From Oscillibacter sp. (GTDB taxonomy: Bacteria; Bacillota; Clostridia; Oscillospirales; Oscillospiraceae), in assembly GCA_022652655.1 (NCBI GenBank), contig JALCRQ010000003.1, forward strand, positions 27,668 to 91,667: a stretch of DNA of 64,000 nucleotides, written 5' to 3'. The stretch's first letter is position 1, and each line of letters opens with the position of its first letter. The notes beneath the pieces were generated by a model that was given only the letters and a program-made list of their open reading frames with translations, was not told the DNA's origin and did no database searches. Of this stretch, positions 42,761-52,477 are shown one piece after another. The position numbers and the translations under genes are program-made.

Positions 42761-43273
42761 GTGAACAAAGAAAACATCGTTCTGAGAAAAGCAAGAAGAG
42801 ATGAAGCGGAATCATGCTATCAATGCATTGAAGATGCAAGATTATATCACAAATTGATGGGTTTCGAACAATGGCACCCCGATTATCCAACGCTTCATAC
42901 ACTGGAAGGTGACATAGAAAACGGGATAGGCTATGCGTTTACAGATGGTGATGAACTGATAGGCTATTGCTGCATTATCATTGGGGATGAACCCGCCTAC
43001 CACGTTATTAACGGTTCATGGAAAACAGACAGAAGGTATGCTGTGGTGCATCGAATGGCTTTTAATGCCGCAAGCAGAGGCAGCGGACTTTCTGAAAAAG
43101 CGTTCTCTGCAATAAAAAACTACTGCCGTGAGAATGAGGTCGATGCCATACGAGTTGATACGCAAGATGAAAATAAAGTTATGCAGCATATTCTTTTAAG
43201 GGAGGGCTTTGCGTACTGCGGCTTGATTGAATTCGGTGGCGGACCTAAACTAGCATATGAGTGGGACAGGTAA
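42761..43273 (+). CDS. GNAT-family N-acetyltransferase on a low-GC islet
   Basis: The GNAT core VVHRMAFNAASRGSGLSEKAFSAIKNYC has the R/Q-x-x-G-x-G/A pattern. GTG 42761 lies 9 nt after GGAGGAG. The track ORF starts at 42680. Confidence 0.75.
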   Translation: MNKENIVLRKARRDEAESCYQCIEDARLYHKLMGFEQWHPDYPTLHTLEGDIENGIGYAFTDGDELIGYCCIIIGDEPAYHVINGSWKTDRRYAVVHRMAFNAASRGSGLSEKAFSAIKNYCRENEVDAIRVDTQDENKVMQHILLREGFAYCGLIEFGGGPKLAYEWDR

Positions 43274-43361
43274 ATTCCGGTTTGTGGGGCAGTCTTGCTT
43301 CGCCTTCTTGCCCCTTGACGATAGAACGGATTTCGTATTTGTCGGACAATCGGATCCGCTT

Positions 43362-43402
43362 CAAAAAAATAAGGCAGCACTGTTTATGCACAGTGCTGCC
43401 TT
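43362..43402 (-). terminator. intrinsic terminator for the 749-aa gene
   Basis: Minus strand: AAGGCAGCACTG-loop-CAGTGCTGCCTT followed by ATTTTTTTG. Confidence 0.7.
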
Positions 43403-43446
43403 AAAACATCTTTATTGGAGGAGCGAAAAGCTCCGGGGGTCCCTTT

Positions 43447-45696
43447 TTATGACGGCTTGTTCCGACCCTGCGGCGGGGAATCGTCCTTTCCGCGCCGGCG
43501 GCGCAGAGTAAAAAGATGGGTGGCCACATACCCCGTCAGGAGAACAAAAATCCCGCACAGGCCGACCCGCAGAGCCAGAAGCAGCGTGCGGCCCAGCGTG
43601 CTGCCGCAGCCGGAGAGGAAGTCGTTTCCCGTGTTCCACATGTCCAGCACGGAGAGAACGGAGATAATGGCCAGGGCACTGTTTGTCTGCTTGGTCTCCT
43701 GCCGGTCGATGATGTTGCTCTTGGTATTGAACACCGTCTGCAGCTGCTCCTGATCCCGTTTCATGCGCTCCAGCAGGCGGTCGATTCCAAACGAGCTGCG
43801 CAGCATCTGGATGGATTTCCGGGAGGATGGAAAGTTGACCTGCACATCCCAGAAATCCACGGTTTTGGCGTAATCGTCGTAGATTTTATCCGCCTGTCTG
43901 AGAAATTCCACCGGGGAGAGATCGGCGTCACCGCTGAAGATGTTCACGATCTGGGCATCGGCGATCTGGATGGCGGCCTCCTCAAAGAGAATCAGCTCCA
44001 TGTAGCAGAGCGTAATGGCGGCCTCGCACAGCCTGCATTTCAGCGAGGCCCGCAGCTCCGGCGAAAACTGGAGCAGCACATTGGTGCTGGCGCAGACAAA
44101 GCCCCGGTCATACTGTCCCATGCCGTCCCGGGAGTTGACCCGCTCCAGAATGTCGGGATCCACAATGCGGCCCAGATTTTCCCCGTCGGGATAGATGGTC
44201 TCCGCATACAGAAGCGAGGCGATCTGCTGGCTGGAAAGGCAGCTTTTGTCCTTGGGGACGGTGATAAAAAACTTAGGGGAGCCCCGTTTGGAAACGGCGT
44301 ACCGGGCTCCGAGAAATTCATAGAGATTGACCCATTCCGACCCGTCGTACGCCATCAGGCAGTTCCGGATCACATTGTCCATGAAATGGCTGAGCAGGAA
44401 GGGGGAGGAGAGGGAGTACACCAGCAGGACGCCGCAGCGGCTGTGCAGATCCACCGAGAGAATCAGATCCACATAGGCCGGCTGGCCGATTACCGCGCCC
44501 TCCTCCCGATAGCGGTTGACGGCGATTTCCTCCGTAATCTGTACCTTGAGCTTGCCGAGATAATAGCGGCGGATGCGCTGCTTCAGAGCGGCCCGCTCGT
44601 CCACCTGATCCAGCCGGGAGGGGATGCCGGCCTCGTAATGGGTGCGGAAATCCAGATCCCGCAGCAGGGAGGCGGCCTTCGTGTCGAAAAGGGCGGAACC
44701 GGCCTCCAGCTTCTGGGCGCTGCGGTACTCCACCGGCACCAGGAAGAAGCTGTCCGGCACCACCGCCCACTCACTGACCCGGGAGGGCAGCATGGCCGCC
44801 AGTGTCTGATCCTCCAGCAGCGGCCCGTCGTAGGGGAGCGTCTGCTCGTAAAACAGCATCCCGTCCCGGGCGCACTCGGTATAGTGGGCCACGTTGATGT
44901 AGCGCTGATAGAGGAGCAGCGAATCATAGCTGAGCTCCGTGAGGACGGCACCGCAGGTCTGTCCCGGACGCCGGACAAAGAAAGAGACGCCCTGGGACTG
45001 GCCGATCTCATATCCCGGGAGCGGCCGGTGGGCGATCATTTTGTAGGGAGCGCCCAGCGCATCCAGAATCTCCGCGGAGGGCAGGAGCAGACGGACAGGG
45101 TCGTCCAGCTGCAGCTCATTCATAAACTGGGAGGGCCGGTGGATGACCAGAGAGTACCCTGGCTCGATTTCCTGTACGGAAAAATTCCGCCGCCAGTAAA
45201 GCGGGAGCGACGCGGCGTTGGACACGTCTCCCGCAAGGCAGTAGGTGGGATAGTCGTCGATGAGAGCATCCAGCAGCTCCCCGGCGATTCCCCGGCGGCG
45301 GTATTCCGCCTTCACGCCCAGGGAAACCAGATACAGGACGTTTTCACTGAGACTGCGCACCGGCTCGTGGATCTGTTTTTCATGGGGGAGAGACACGGTT
45401 CCGCCTTTGATTTTTCCGTCAAAAATATCCAGAAAAGAGGCGTAATCCGCGGCCCGCACGGCCTGATAGTCGAAATACAGCAAAAAGGCGGCCAGGACGC
45501 CCTGCTCCCGGACGCCCAGCGCCCAGCGGTGCGACAGGCAGAACCGCAGGGAGCGGGAGAAGCGCGCCTCCATTCCCGCCGCCCTGGTACGGACGTCGGG
45601 AAACAGCTTGGCATAATACGCATCCGCGGCAAAGCAGCTGGAAAAAAGCCCCATCAGCTCATCGAAATCCTCAGGCCGCAGCGGTTCAATCTTCAA
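43447..45696 (-). CDS. fusion protein: N-terminal GNAT acetyltransferase, a ~450-aa uncharacterised domain, and a C-terminal coiled coil plus 2-TM hairpin (CorA-like topology)
   Basis: GNAT motif A is LVSLGVKAEYRRRGIAGELLDAL. The C-terminus reads ...LLERMKRDQEQLQTVFNTKSN..NSALAIISVLSVLDMWN..loop..LLLALRVGLCGIFVLLTGYVATHLF-TLRRRRGK. The TTG start lies 7 nt after GGAGG and overlaps the upstream stop (TTGA). Confidence 0.7.
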   Translation of the reverse strand: MKIEPLRPEDFDELMGLFSSCFAADAYYAKLFPDVRTRAAGMEARFSRSLRFCLSHRWALGVREQGVLAAFLLYFDYQAVRAADYASFLDIFDGKIKGGTVSLPHEKQIHEPVRSLSENVLYLVSLGVKAEYRRRGIAGELLDALIDDYPTYCLAGDVSNAASLPLYWRRNFSVQEIEPGYSLVIHRPSQFMNELQLDDPVRLLLPSAEILDALGAPYKMIAHRPLPGYEIGQSQGVSFFVRRPGQTCGAVLTELSYDSLLLYQRYINVAHYTECARDGMLFYEQTLPYDGPLLEDQTLAAMLPSRVSEWAVVPDSFFLVPVEYRSAQKLEAGSALFDTKAASLLRDLDFRTHYEAGIPSRLDQVDERAALKQRIRRYYLGKLKVQITEEIAVNRYREEGAVIGQPAYVDLILSVDLHSRCGVLLVYSLSSPFLLSHFMDNVIRNCLMAYDGSEWVNLYEFLGARYAVSKRGSPKFFITVPKDKSCLSSQQIASLLYAETIYPDGENLGRIVDPDILERVNSRDGMGQYDRGFVCASTNVLLQFSPELRASLKCRLCEAAITLCYMELILFEEAAIQIADAQIVNIFSGDADLSPVEFLRQADKIYDDYAKTVDFWDVQVNFPSSRKSIQMLRSSFGIDRLLERMKRDQEQLQTVFNTKSNIIDRQETKQTNSALAIISVLSVLDMWNTGNDFLSGCGSTLGRTLLLALRVGLCGIFVLLTGYVATHLFTLRRRRGKDDSPPQGRNKPS

Positions 45697-46577
45697 GCCA
45701 TTACCTCCACCACGTATTTTTTGAGACTTGTCACCGGGTTGTAGGAGAGTTTGGAATACCGCAGACCCGGGTCGCCCATGTCCTCCTCACGGTTGATATA
45801 GACGATTCCCTTTTCCACGGCGCGCAGCGCGAACTGATTGACGATCATCTGGTAGGCGCCGGGGTAGTTCCGGTCGGCCTTCTCAATGTGCAGCAGCAGC
45901 GTGTCCCGGATGATTTCGCCCAGCGTAAAGCCGATGATCTCGCCGTCCACCCGCAGCACCGCGCCGGTCATCCCGTAAAGCGCGTAGTTGTTCAGAACCT
46001 CCAGCGTCATCTTCTCCTCCTCCCGGGCGCTTTGGAAGGAGAGGGCGTCCAGGCGGAAGCAGCGTTCCAGAAAGCGCAGGATTTCCGGAATATCCGCCTG
46101 CGTCAGCTCCTGAAACGTCCAGCCGGGATTGGTGTTGAGAAACTTGCGGAGGTGATTGCGCTGACCGCCGAATTTCTTGCCCTGAAAATTCGCCAGATCG
46201 GCAGCCAGATACAAATAGTCGGCGTATTCCGGCTGCTGCAGGATGTTGAGCTCCTGAAAGTGATCGGCCAGGTTCCGGAGATACTCCGCGGGGACGGTGC
46301 ACAGCCGGCAGGGAAGTCCCGCCTCCCGGCAGTACGTGCGGATCTGATCCAGCCCCTGTCCCTCGTCTCCGCCGATGGGAACCGTAAAAAAGGTCTCCCC
46401 GGCGGCGTTTTTCAGTTTTGTAAACAGGGTTTTATGTTCAATGCAGAACTCCATGCGGAAATAATCCCGCCACATGAACATTCCGCCGGCGGAAAAATCA
46501 CAGGTCCGGGATTTGGTGAGCTGGAAAAAGGGCCGCACCTGTTCCAGATCCTGCAGCTTCAGAGGGGAAAACTCCAT
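45693..46577 (-). CDS. DUF2156-like protein (C-terminal domain of phosphatidylglycerol lysyltransferase MprF; aminoacyl-tRNA-dependent transferase fold)
   Basis: About 294 aa. The N-terminal pattern LKLQDLEQVRPFF..SRTCDFSAGGMFMWRDYF and the tandem GNAT-like halves resemble stand-alone DUF2156 proteins. ATG 46577 is preferred over GTG 46631, which lies inside a leader hairpin. Confidence 0.6.
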   Translation of the reverse strand: MEFSPLKLQDLEQVRPFFQLTKSRTCDFSAGGMFMWRDYFRMEFCIEHKTLFTKLKNAAGETFFTVPIGGDEGQGLDQIRTYCREAGLPCRLCTVPAEYLRNLADHFQELNILQQPEYADYLYLAADLANFQGKKFGGQRNHLRKFLNTNPGWTFQELTQADIPEILRFLERCFRLDALSFQSAREEEKMTLEVLNNYALYGMTGAVLRVDGEIIGFTLGEIIRDTLLLHIEKADRNYPGAYQMIVNQFALRAVEKGIVYINREEDMGDPGLRYSKLSYNPVTSLKKYVVEVMA

Positions 46578-46717
46578 AGTGACACTCCCGTTTTTGTTGA
46601 TTTTCTCTGTTCGCGGCCGCGGAAAGCTCACAATCCAACGGGAATTTTCCGCGGCACCGGCCGCCCCGTTCGGGAGGGCCGTACGGAAGGTGAGATATAT
46701 TCATCTTTTATCATATT

Positions 46718-46746
46718 ATTCTATCATGTGGGTATGGCAAAAACAA
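46718..46746 (-). promoter_or_regulatory. sigma-A-like promoter for the DUF2156 / GNAT-2TM operon
   Basis: Minus strand: TTGTTT, a 17-nt spacer ending in TGA, then TAGAAT. This predicts a 5' UTR of about 130 nt. Confidence 0.4.
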
Positions 46747-46828
46747 CAGCGGATTCGACTTTTCCGCCGCTGCCCGGAGAAGCGGCCCGCCTTTGCCCCG
46801 GACCGGGCGACGGTTTCCCGGGAAACGG

Positions 46829-47824
46829 TCAGGACAAAGAGTCCAGCACCGACTGATTGGCGTCGGAGGCGTTTGCCGTCCAGCCAAGGCCCGTGGAGTC
46901 GGTGTCCGGGTATTCGGGGAGACAGGTGAACGGGTGGTACTCCTGCCCCTCCTTCAGTTCCCCTTCAAACACACGGACAGGCGCCTGAAGCAAGCCGCCC
47001 TTCAGCGTGTAGACGTCGATGGCCTCATAGCCCATGTGGGCGTTCTGCACCACCAGCCTGCCGGAGCCGTTCAGCCCGCAGGCCACGGCGTTTCCGCTGG
47101 AAAAGCTGCCGCAGACCGCGGCGGCGCCGTTTTTAAAGGTGTAAACAGTGTCAAGGTAATCTGCTTCACACGTGCCGGATTTCAGTAATAATTCCGGAAT
47201 CCCATCCCCGTCCGCGTCGTAAATGCTGTACTGGCAGGGGGCGGCCTTGGAGAGGAGCGCCTGGTAGGCCTCCTTCCAGGAAGCGGACTGCGGGGCGGCC
47301 GCCTCCGGGGTTTTTGCGGCGCTTTTGCCGGTGTATTTCCAGGTAAAGGAGGCGCCGACGGCCTCCTCGCCCTCCACAAGGGTGCGGTACTCCGATTCCC
47401 GCCCGGCGTCTTCCGCGTCGTACTCCACGTCCGTATACGGGTGCAGCCGATAAAAAGAAACACCGTGGGCCTTGTCTGCGGAGAGCAGCACGGGGGCGCC
47501 GTCGCAGATGTCCGGCAGGCTCTCTCCGTCTTTCACCAGTACGATCCCGAACGCGACGCCGCCCCAGTCCCGGTTGGACAGGGACAGAAAGTCAATGCCG
47601 GTACCGTCGTCGTACACCGCGGTGCCGCACAAATCCTTCCACGCCTCCGGCAGCGTGACCTGACAGTCGTAGCCGTTCAGCCGGAAGGAGACTGCTTGGC
47701 CCCCGGACTGCGGGCCCGGCGCGGAGGAGGACGCGGCGGCTTGTCTGCCGCAGCCGGCCGGCAGCGCCGCCGTCAGAAGGACCGCCGCCAGAAGGGCCGC
47801 TGCCGGAAGGAAGTGCTTTTTCAT
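46829..47824 (-). CDS. lipoprotein of unknown function
   Basis: Signal peptide with lipobox LPAGC. Contains a DADGDGIPELLL motif. I recognised no catalytic motifs. Confidence 0.65.
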   Translation of the reverse strand: MKKHFLPAAALLAAVLLTAALPAGCGRQAAASSSAPGPQSGGQAVSFRLNGYDCQVTLPEAWKDLCGTAVYDDGTGIDFLSLSNRDWGGVAFGIVLVKDGESLPDICDGAPVLLSADKAHGVSFYRLHPYTDVEYDAEDAGRESEYRTLVEGEEAVGASFTWKYTGKSAAKTPEAAAPQSASWKEAYQALLSKAAPCQYSIYDADGDGIPELLLKSGTCEADYLDTVYTFKNGAAAVCGSFSSGNAVACGLNGSGRLVVQNAHMGYEAIDVYTLKGGLLQAPVRVFEGELKEGQEYHPFTCLPEYPDTDSTGLGWTANASDANQSVLDSLS

Positions 47825-48066
47825 AAAATTTTTGCTCCTTTATGTCAGAAACGCCAGGCTGCGTCCCGGCAGCCTGCGCACCGAACGGTTTTGAACCGGC
47901 GTCTGCGGCATTTTTGGCTCAAAGCACGGTTCTGCCGCTATCATAGCAGATCGCGGGGCGGGGTACAATTTCAAAGTTGCACGGAAAAAACCGGCTCAAT
48001 TTGCCGTTTGCCATAAATTTTTTTGAAAGAACCGGAATATTCGGGCTGGGTTCGGGGGATTTCGAT

Positions 48067-48095
48067 TTGCATATTCCCACGAAATGGATTATAAT
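48067..48095 (+). promoter_or_regulatory. consensus-like sigma-A promoter for sepF
   Basis: TTGCAT (48067-72), a 17-nt spacer, then TATAAT (48090-95). Confidence 0.6.
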
Positions 48096-48127
48096 CCAGA
48101 AGAATTCAATTTTGTGAGGCGTGGAGC

Positions 48128-48565
48128 ATGAATGTTTTAAAGACGATCCAGGACTGGATCTCCCCCTATGAGGACGAGGATGAGGACGATCTTCCGGAAT
48201 TTGACAGCCGGACGGAGAGAACCGCTCCCCGGAGCGGCCGGGAGGTCAGCATCCGCACGACGGCAAACCTGAAGGTGATGCTGACGCAGCCCAAATGCGT
48301 CCAGGATCTCCCCGGGATCGCGGATGAGATGAAGAATTTCACCACCGTGGTCATCAACATCGCCTCTGCGGACCGGAATCTGGGACGGCAGATTCTGGAC
48401 GTGCTCTCCGGCGTGGCCTACGGCCTGGATTCCCGGATCTCCAGAATCGCGGCGGACACCTACATGATCCTGCCGTATAACGTGGAGTTTGAAAGCGGCA
48501 TGCTGGACGAGCTTCACAGCAGCGGGCTTTTTGCCGAGCTGGACGCACAGACGCGGCAGGCCTGA
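48128..48565 (+). CDS. sepF: cell division protein SepF
   Basis: Acidic linker followed by a DUF552 core (VMLTQPKCVQDLPGIADEMKNFTTVVINI...LDVLSGVAYGLDSRISRIAADTYMILP). Confidence 0.85.
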   Translation: MNVLKTIQDWISPYEDEDEDDLPEFDSRTERTAPRSGREVSIRTTANLKVMLTQPKCVQDLPGIADEMKNFTTVVINIASADRNLGRQILDVLSGVAYGLDSRISRIAADTYMILPYNVEFESGMLDELHSSGLFAELDAQTRQA

Positions 48566-48623
48566 ACAAAGCAAAAAAATACAGGCGGAGATGTAAAAGC
48601 CCCGTCCCGCAGGACTGCAAATA

Positions 48624-48668
48624 AAAAAGCGGCGGCCCGCGCCCCCCACCGTGCGCGGGCCGCTTTCC
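48624..48668. terminator. bidirectional terminator between sepF and the SLH gene
   Basis: AAAAAA-GCGGCCCGCGC-loop-GCGCGGGCCGC-TTTCCTT. Confidence 0.65.
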
Positions 48669-50528
48669 TTATCCGGCCGAGGCGATGATGACCCGAATCC
48701 GTCCGCCGGCGGGGCAGCCGAAGCTGTCGTACCAACCGGTCAGCGTATAGCTGTCGGTGTTGACGGCGGAGAGGGTGGAGGCGTAGTAGTTTCCGCCGCT
48801 GTACAGATAGACCTGCACGCCGCTGGCCAGACGATACTCCCGGCTGCCGCCGGAGGCGGTGAGGGAGCCCAGGGTGGTCAGCGTCACGGAGGAGAGGTTC
48901 CGCATGGTTTTGATGGAGCCGTCGGCGTTAAAGCGTACTGCAAAGCCACCGGACTTTACAGGATAGGTGGTTCCGTTGGCGGAGAGGGTTTTCTGCTGTC
49001 CGTTCAGCAGATAGGTGTAGCTGCCGGAAACGGTGATCCCGCCGGAGCTTGCCGCATTGGCGGAGATCATGTAGCCGTAGCTCCAGATGTCGCCGGTGGC
49101 ATCCCGGAGGATGAGGCGGCTGATCTGCCCGTTCTCATTGAGCACGTAGAAGCGCACCGACGAGGAGTCCAGGGTGCACAGCGCCAGCCGCGAGGCCGCA
49201 ATTTTGGCATAGCCGCCCTCAGAATCGGTATCCAGGATCTGGATGCCCGAGGCAAATTCCACGCCGCCCAGCGCGGTGGCGGAGCTGTTGACCGTGCCCT
49301 CCAGCGTCTGGGTGGACAGGGCGGTGATGGTGGTGCCGGTGCCGGCCACGCTGACGCTGACCAGGTCGCCTGCGGAATAGGAGGCGATTTTATTGACGGT
49401 GAAGGTGTGGAGCAGGCCGTCTGTACAGGCCACCACCACCTTGGTCTGAGCCTGGGCGCTGCCGCTGACGGAGGAGGCGCTGGAGTAGGACTGCACGGTG
49501 CCGTAATAGGTGGTGTCGATATTGGCGCCGGTGACCACGTCCGCCACGCTGCCGTCCATGCCCAGCAGCAGCATCACCGTGTCGCCCACGGCGGTGCCGC
49601 CCATGGCGGAGATCTTATAAACCGCGGAGGCCGTGCCCAGCTTGTATTCCGTCCCCGCCACGGTGACTGAAGTGGGAGCCGTGGCGCTGGGGGAGATGGC
49701 GGACACCGTGCCGGAGACGCGGTCCGTATAGACCCAGACCGTCCGGAGGTTGGCGCTGTAATAGTAGACGTCGTACTCGTTCATGGCGGAAAGGGAGGAG
49801 GCGGCGCCGTCCAGATAGACCGCGGTGGGCGTGAAGGAGAGGGCGGGGGCGCCGCCGGTGCACACGTAGGGGCCGCTGAGGCTTCCTTCCACGATGGCGG
49901 CATAGTCCACCTGCCCGTTGGTGACCGTATAGCCGATGGTGGCGGCGTAGGTCTTGCCGTCGCCGGTTTGAGCGGTCAGCAGGTTGTAAAAGAGGTACAT
50001 GCAGTCCTGCCGGGTCATGGACGAGCCCTTGGACAGCGCAATTTGATCCCGAAGCCCCAGGGCGGCGGCCTTGTTCAGCTGCGCCGAGGGATAGGAGCCG
50101 GCCAGAGAGGCGGAGTCATAGCCCAGAATCCGCAGGGCCATGGTGCAGGCCTGCTCCAGGGTGATGGTCTGATAGGGGCGGAACGTCCCGTCGGTGTAGC
50201 CCACGATCCAGCCGTTGTCCACGGCGATCTTGATATATTCGGAGGCCCAGTAGCTGCTCTTTACATCGGAGAACAGGGAGTAGCCGGAGCCGCCCTCGCC
50301 GATGCTGTCCTTGTAGGAGGAGGCCATCACCAGCATTTTGGCAAACTGGGCGCGGGTGACGTTCTGCGTGAGATTCATATTGCCCGCAGTGTCGCCCACC
50401 ATAATTCCCAGTGCCCGGATGGTCTGCTCCACGCCGGTTTCGTCCGTCCGGACGGCCAGCGCGGAGGGGACGCACAGGCCGCACAGCAGGCACACCGTCA
50501 CAAGCAGGGTAAAAAACCGCTTTTTCAT
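48669..50528 (-). CDS. S-layer-homology (SLH) domain cell-wall protein
   Basis: Signal peptide followed by three N-terminal SLH-like repeats (VTRAQFAKMLV.., FSDV...WASEYIKIAVDNGWIVGYTDGTFRP, ITLEQACTMALRILG). The C-terminal part is long and beta-rich. Confidence 0.75.
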   Translation of the reverse strand: MKKRFFTLLVTVCLLCGLCVPSALAVRTDETGVEQTIRALGIMVGDTAGNMNLTQNVTRAQFAKMLVMASSYKDSIGEGGSGYSLFSDVKSSYWASEYIKIAVDNGWIVGYTDGTFRPYQTITLEQACTMALRILGYDSASLAGSYPSAQLNKAAALGLRDQIALSKGSSMTRQDCMYLFYNLLTAQTGDGKTYAATIGYTVTNGQVDYAAIVEGSLSGPYVCTGGAPALSFTPTAVYLDGAASSLSAMNEYDVYYYSANLRTVWVYTDRVSGTVSAISPSATAPTSVTVAGTEYKLGTASAVYKISAMGGTAVGDTVMLLLGMDGSVADVVTGANIDTTYYGTVQSYSSASSVSGSAQAQTKVVVACTDGLLHTFTVNKIASYSAGDLVSVSVAGTGTTITALSTQTLEGTVNSSATALGGVEFASGIQILDTDSEGGYAKIAASRLALCTLDSSSVRFYVLNENGQISRLILRDATGDIWSYGYMISANAASSGGITVSGSYTYLLNGQQKTLSANGTTYPVKSGGFAVRFNADGSIKTMRNLSSVTLTTLGSLTASGGSREYRLASGVQVYLYSGGNYYASTLSAVNTDSYTLTGWYDSFGCPAGGRIRVIIASAG

Positions 50529-50546
50529 TTTGCGTTCCTTCCTCTC

Positions 50547-51743
50547 TTAATCGTAGCGCAGGGCGTCGATGGGGTTGAGACGCGCCGCTTTTTTTGCGGG
50601 CAGATAGCCGAAGATTACGCCGATGCCCACAGAGACGCCCACCGCCATGAGCACGGAGCCCATGGACGGAGTGACGGACATACTGCTGTCCATCAGGGTG
50701 GAGATGATCACCGATGCCGCGGACGAGAGCGCAAAGCCCAGCGCGATGCCCAGAATACCGCCCAGCGCGGAGGTGGTGCCGGCCTCGATGACGAACTGCT
50801 GCATAATGGAGCGCTCCTTGGCGCCCAGGGCCTTGCGAATACCGATTTCCCGGGTGCGCTCCGTCACAGACACCAGCATGATGTTCATAATTCCGATGCC
50901 GCCCACCACCAGCGAAATGGCGGCGATGGCGGCCAGAATGGTGATGACCATGTTGATCATGCTGTTCATGGTATCCAGCATTTCGGCCATGCTGGTGACG
51001 CTGTAGGCGTTTTCGTCGCTGAAGATGCCGTAGAGGTAATCCTCCACCAGCGTCTTGCAGGCGGCCGCCTGATTTTCATCCACCACCGTGATGAGGTAGG
51101 AGGAGATCGTGCCCGTCCAGGAGAGCCGTGCCGCCGTGGAGTAGGGAAGGAAGATGCAGTCGTCGCTGCCGCCCTCCTCCATGGTGTCCGACTTCTGGGA
51201 CATGACGCCTACGATGGTGAGCTTGGTGCCGTTGAATTTAATGGTCTGGCCCACGGCGCCGCCGGCGTAATACGCCTGATTGAGGTACTGCCCGATGACG
51301 CAGACATCTTTCCGCTGCGCCACGTCCACGTAGTTAAGGCCGCGGCCCTGGGAGATCCCGTAGCCCTTCATCTGGAAGTAATCCTCCGAGACGCCGGTGA
51401 CGGTGGTGGAATCCGCCGTCTCCGTCTCAATTTTGACGGTGCCGGACATGGTGACGGTGGGGGAGATTTTGTCCAGCTGCTGGGGATTGTCCGCCACCAG
51501 CTGGTACATGCTGTCCACTGAGACGCTTCTGGAGGAGCCCCGGCCCGGGATGGAGACCGTCAGCGTGTTGGTGCCCAGCTCGGAGAAGCTGTCCTTCATG
51601 TAGTTCTGCATTCCGTTGCCCAGGCCCACGATCACGATGACCGCGGTGACGCCGATGATAATGCCCAGCATGGTGAGGAAGGTGCGCATTTTGCTGGAGA
51701 GGATATTTTTGATGGCCAGGCCGAACGACTCAAAAAAGCTCAT
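50547..51743 (-). CDS. MacB-type ABC transporter permease (FtsX domain)
   Basis: N-terminal TM helix, a periplasmic MacB_PCD-like domain and a C-terminal FtsX region ([14 protein letters not shown]). Confidence 0.9.
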   Translation of the reverse strand: MSFFESFGLAIKNILSSKMRTFLTMLGIIIGVTAVIVIVGLGNGMQNYMKDSFSELGTNTLTVSIPGRGSSRSVSVDSMYQLVADNPQQLDKISPTVTMSGTVKIETETADSTTVTGVSEDYFQMKGYGISQGRGLNYVDVAQRKDVCVIGQYLNQAYYAGGAVGQTIKFNGTKLTIVGVMSQKSDTMEEGGSDDCIFLPYSTAARLSWTGTISSYLITVVDENQAAACKTLVEDYLYGIFSDENAYSVTSMAEMLDTMNSMINMVITILAAIAAISLVVGGIGIMNIMLVSVTERTREIGIRKALGAKERSIMQQFVIEAGTTSALGGILGIALGFALSSAASVIISTLMDSSMSVTPSMGSVLMAVGVSVGIGVIFGYLPAKKAARLNPIDALRYD

Positions 51744-52477
51744 GACGCGCCTCCCGTTCCGATGGCGCCGGCGGTGACCACAGCCTCCGGCGCATGGGCG
51801 TCCCCGTCATAGACCACGGCGCCGTCCTCCAGGCGGATAATCCGCTGGGCCTGGGTGGCGATGGAGTTGTCATGGGTGATGAGGACGATGGTGTTGCCGT
51901 CGTCGTGAAGCTGCTGGAGCAGACGGAGCACCTCCCGGCCGGTATGGGAGTCCAGCGCGCCGGTGGGTTCGTCCGCCAGAATGACCGCGGGTTTTCCCAC
52001 CAGGGCCCGGGCGATGGAGACGCGCTGCTGCTGTCCGCCGGAGAGCTGGCTGGGCTTGTTGCGGAGCTTGTCGCCCAGCCCCACCATCTCCAGGGCCTCC
52101 TGTGCCCGCCGGTGCCGCTCCGGCTTGGGGACGCCCGCGTACAGGAGGGGCACCTCCACATTTTCCAGCAGCGTCAGCTTGGGCAGGAGATTGTACTGCT
52201 GAAAGATGAAGCCCAGCAGCTTGTTGCGGATCTCAGCCAGCTGGTTTTTGTTCATGCTTCCCACGTCCCGGCCGTCCAGAAGGTAGGTGCCGGAGGTGGG
52301 GACATCCAGACAGCCGATGATATTCATGCACGTGGATTTGCCGGAGCCGGACTGCCCCACGATGGCCACAAATTCGCCCCGGTGGATGACCAGGGAGATG
52401 TGGTCTGCCGCCCAGACCTCGGAATCGCCCATGCGGTAGACCTTGCACACCTCCTGAAATTCAATCAGCGCGCTCAT
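51740..52477 (-). CDS. MacB/LolD-type ABC transporter ATP-binding protein
   Basis: Walker [11 protein letters not shown]-loop FIFQQYNL, signature LSGGQQQRV, Walker [12 protein letters not shown]. Confidence 0.9.
   Translation of the reverse strand: MSALIEFQEVCKVYRMGDSEVWAADHISLVIHRGEFVAIVGQSGSGKSTCMNIIGCLDVPTSGTYLLDGRDVGSMNKNQLAEIRNKLLGFIFQQYNLLPKLTLLENVEVPLLYAGVPKPERHRRAQEALEMVGLGDKLRNKPSQLSGGQQQRVSIARALVGKPAVILADEPTGALDSHTGREVLRLLQQLHDDGNTIVLITHDNSIATQAQRIIRLEDGAVVYDGDAHAPEAVVTAGAIGTGGAS

Noticed and set aside
43516-45744. 742-aa ORF on the plus strand, antisense to the 749-aa GNAT/2-TM gene.
   Set aside because: Neither strand has a fully known family, so I compared them.
- The minus strand has a clean GNAT motif A, balanced amino-acid composition, hydrophobic TM helices, a coupled start with an RBS, and a terminator.
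- The plus-strand translation is G/R/A/H/Q-rich with no start signals.
46578-46711. A T-box or other tRNA-sensing leader in the ~130-nt 5' UTR of the DUF2156 operon. The idea is attractive because DUF2156 enzymes use aminoacyl-tRNA.
   Set aside because: The leader has a 9-bp hairpin (CCGCGGAAA...TTTCCGCGG). It has no T-box sequence (AAnnnGGGUGGUACCGCG), no specifier-loop architecture and no terminator/antiterminator pair.
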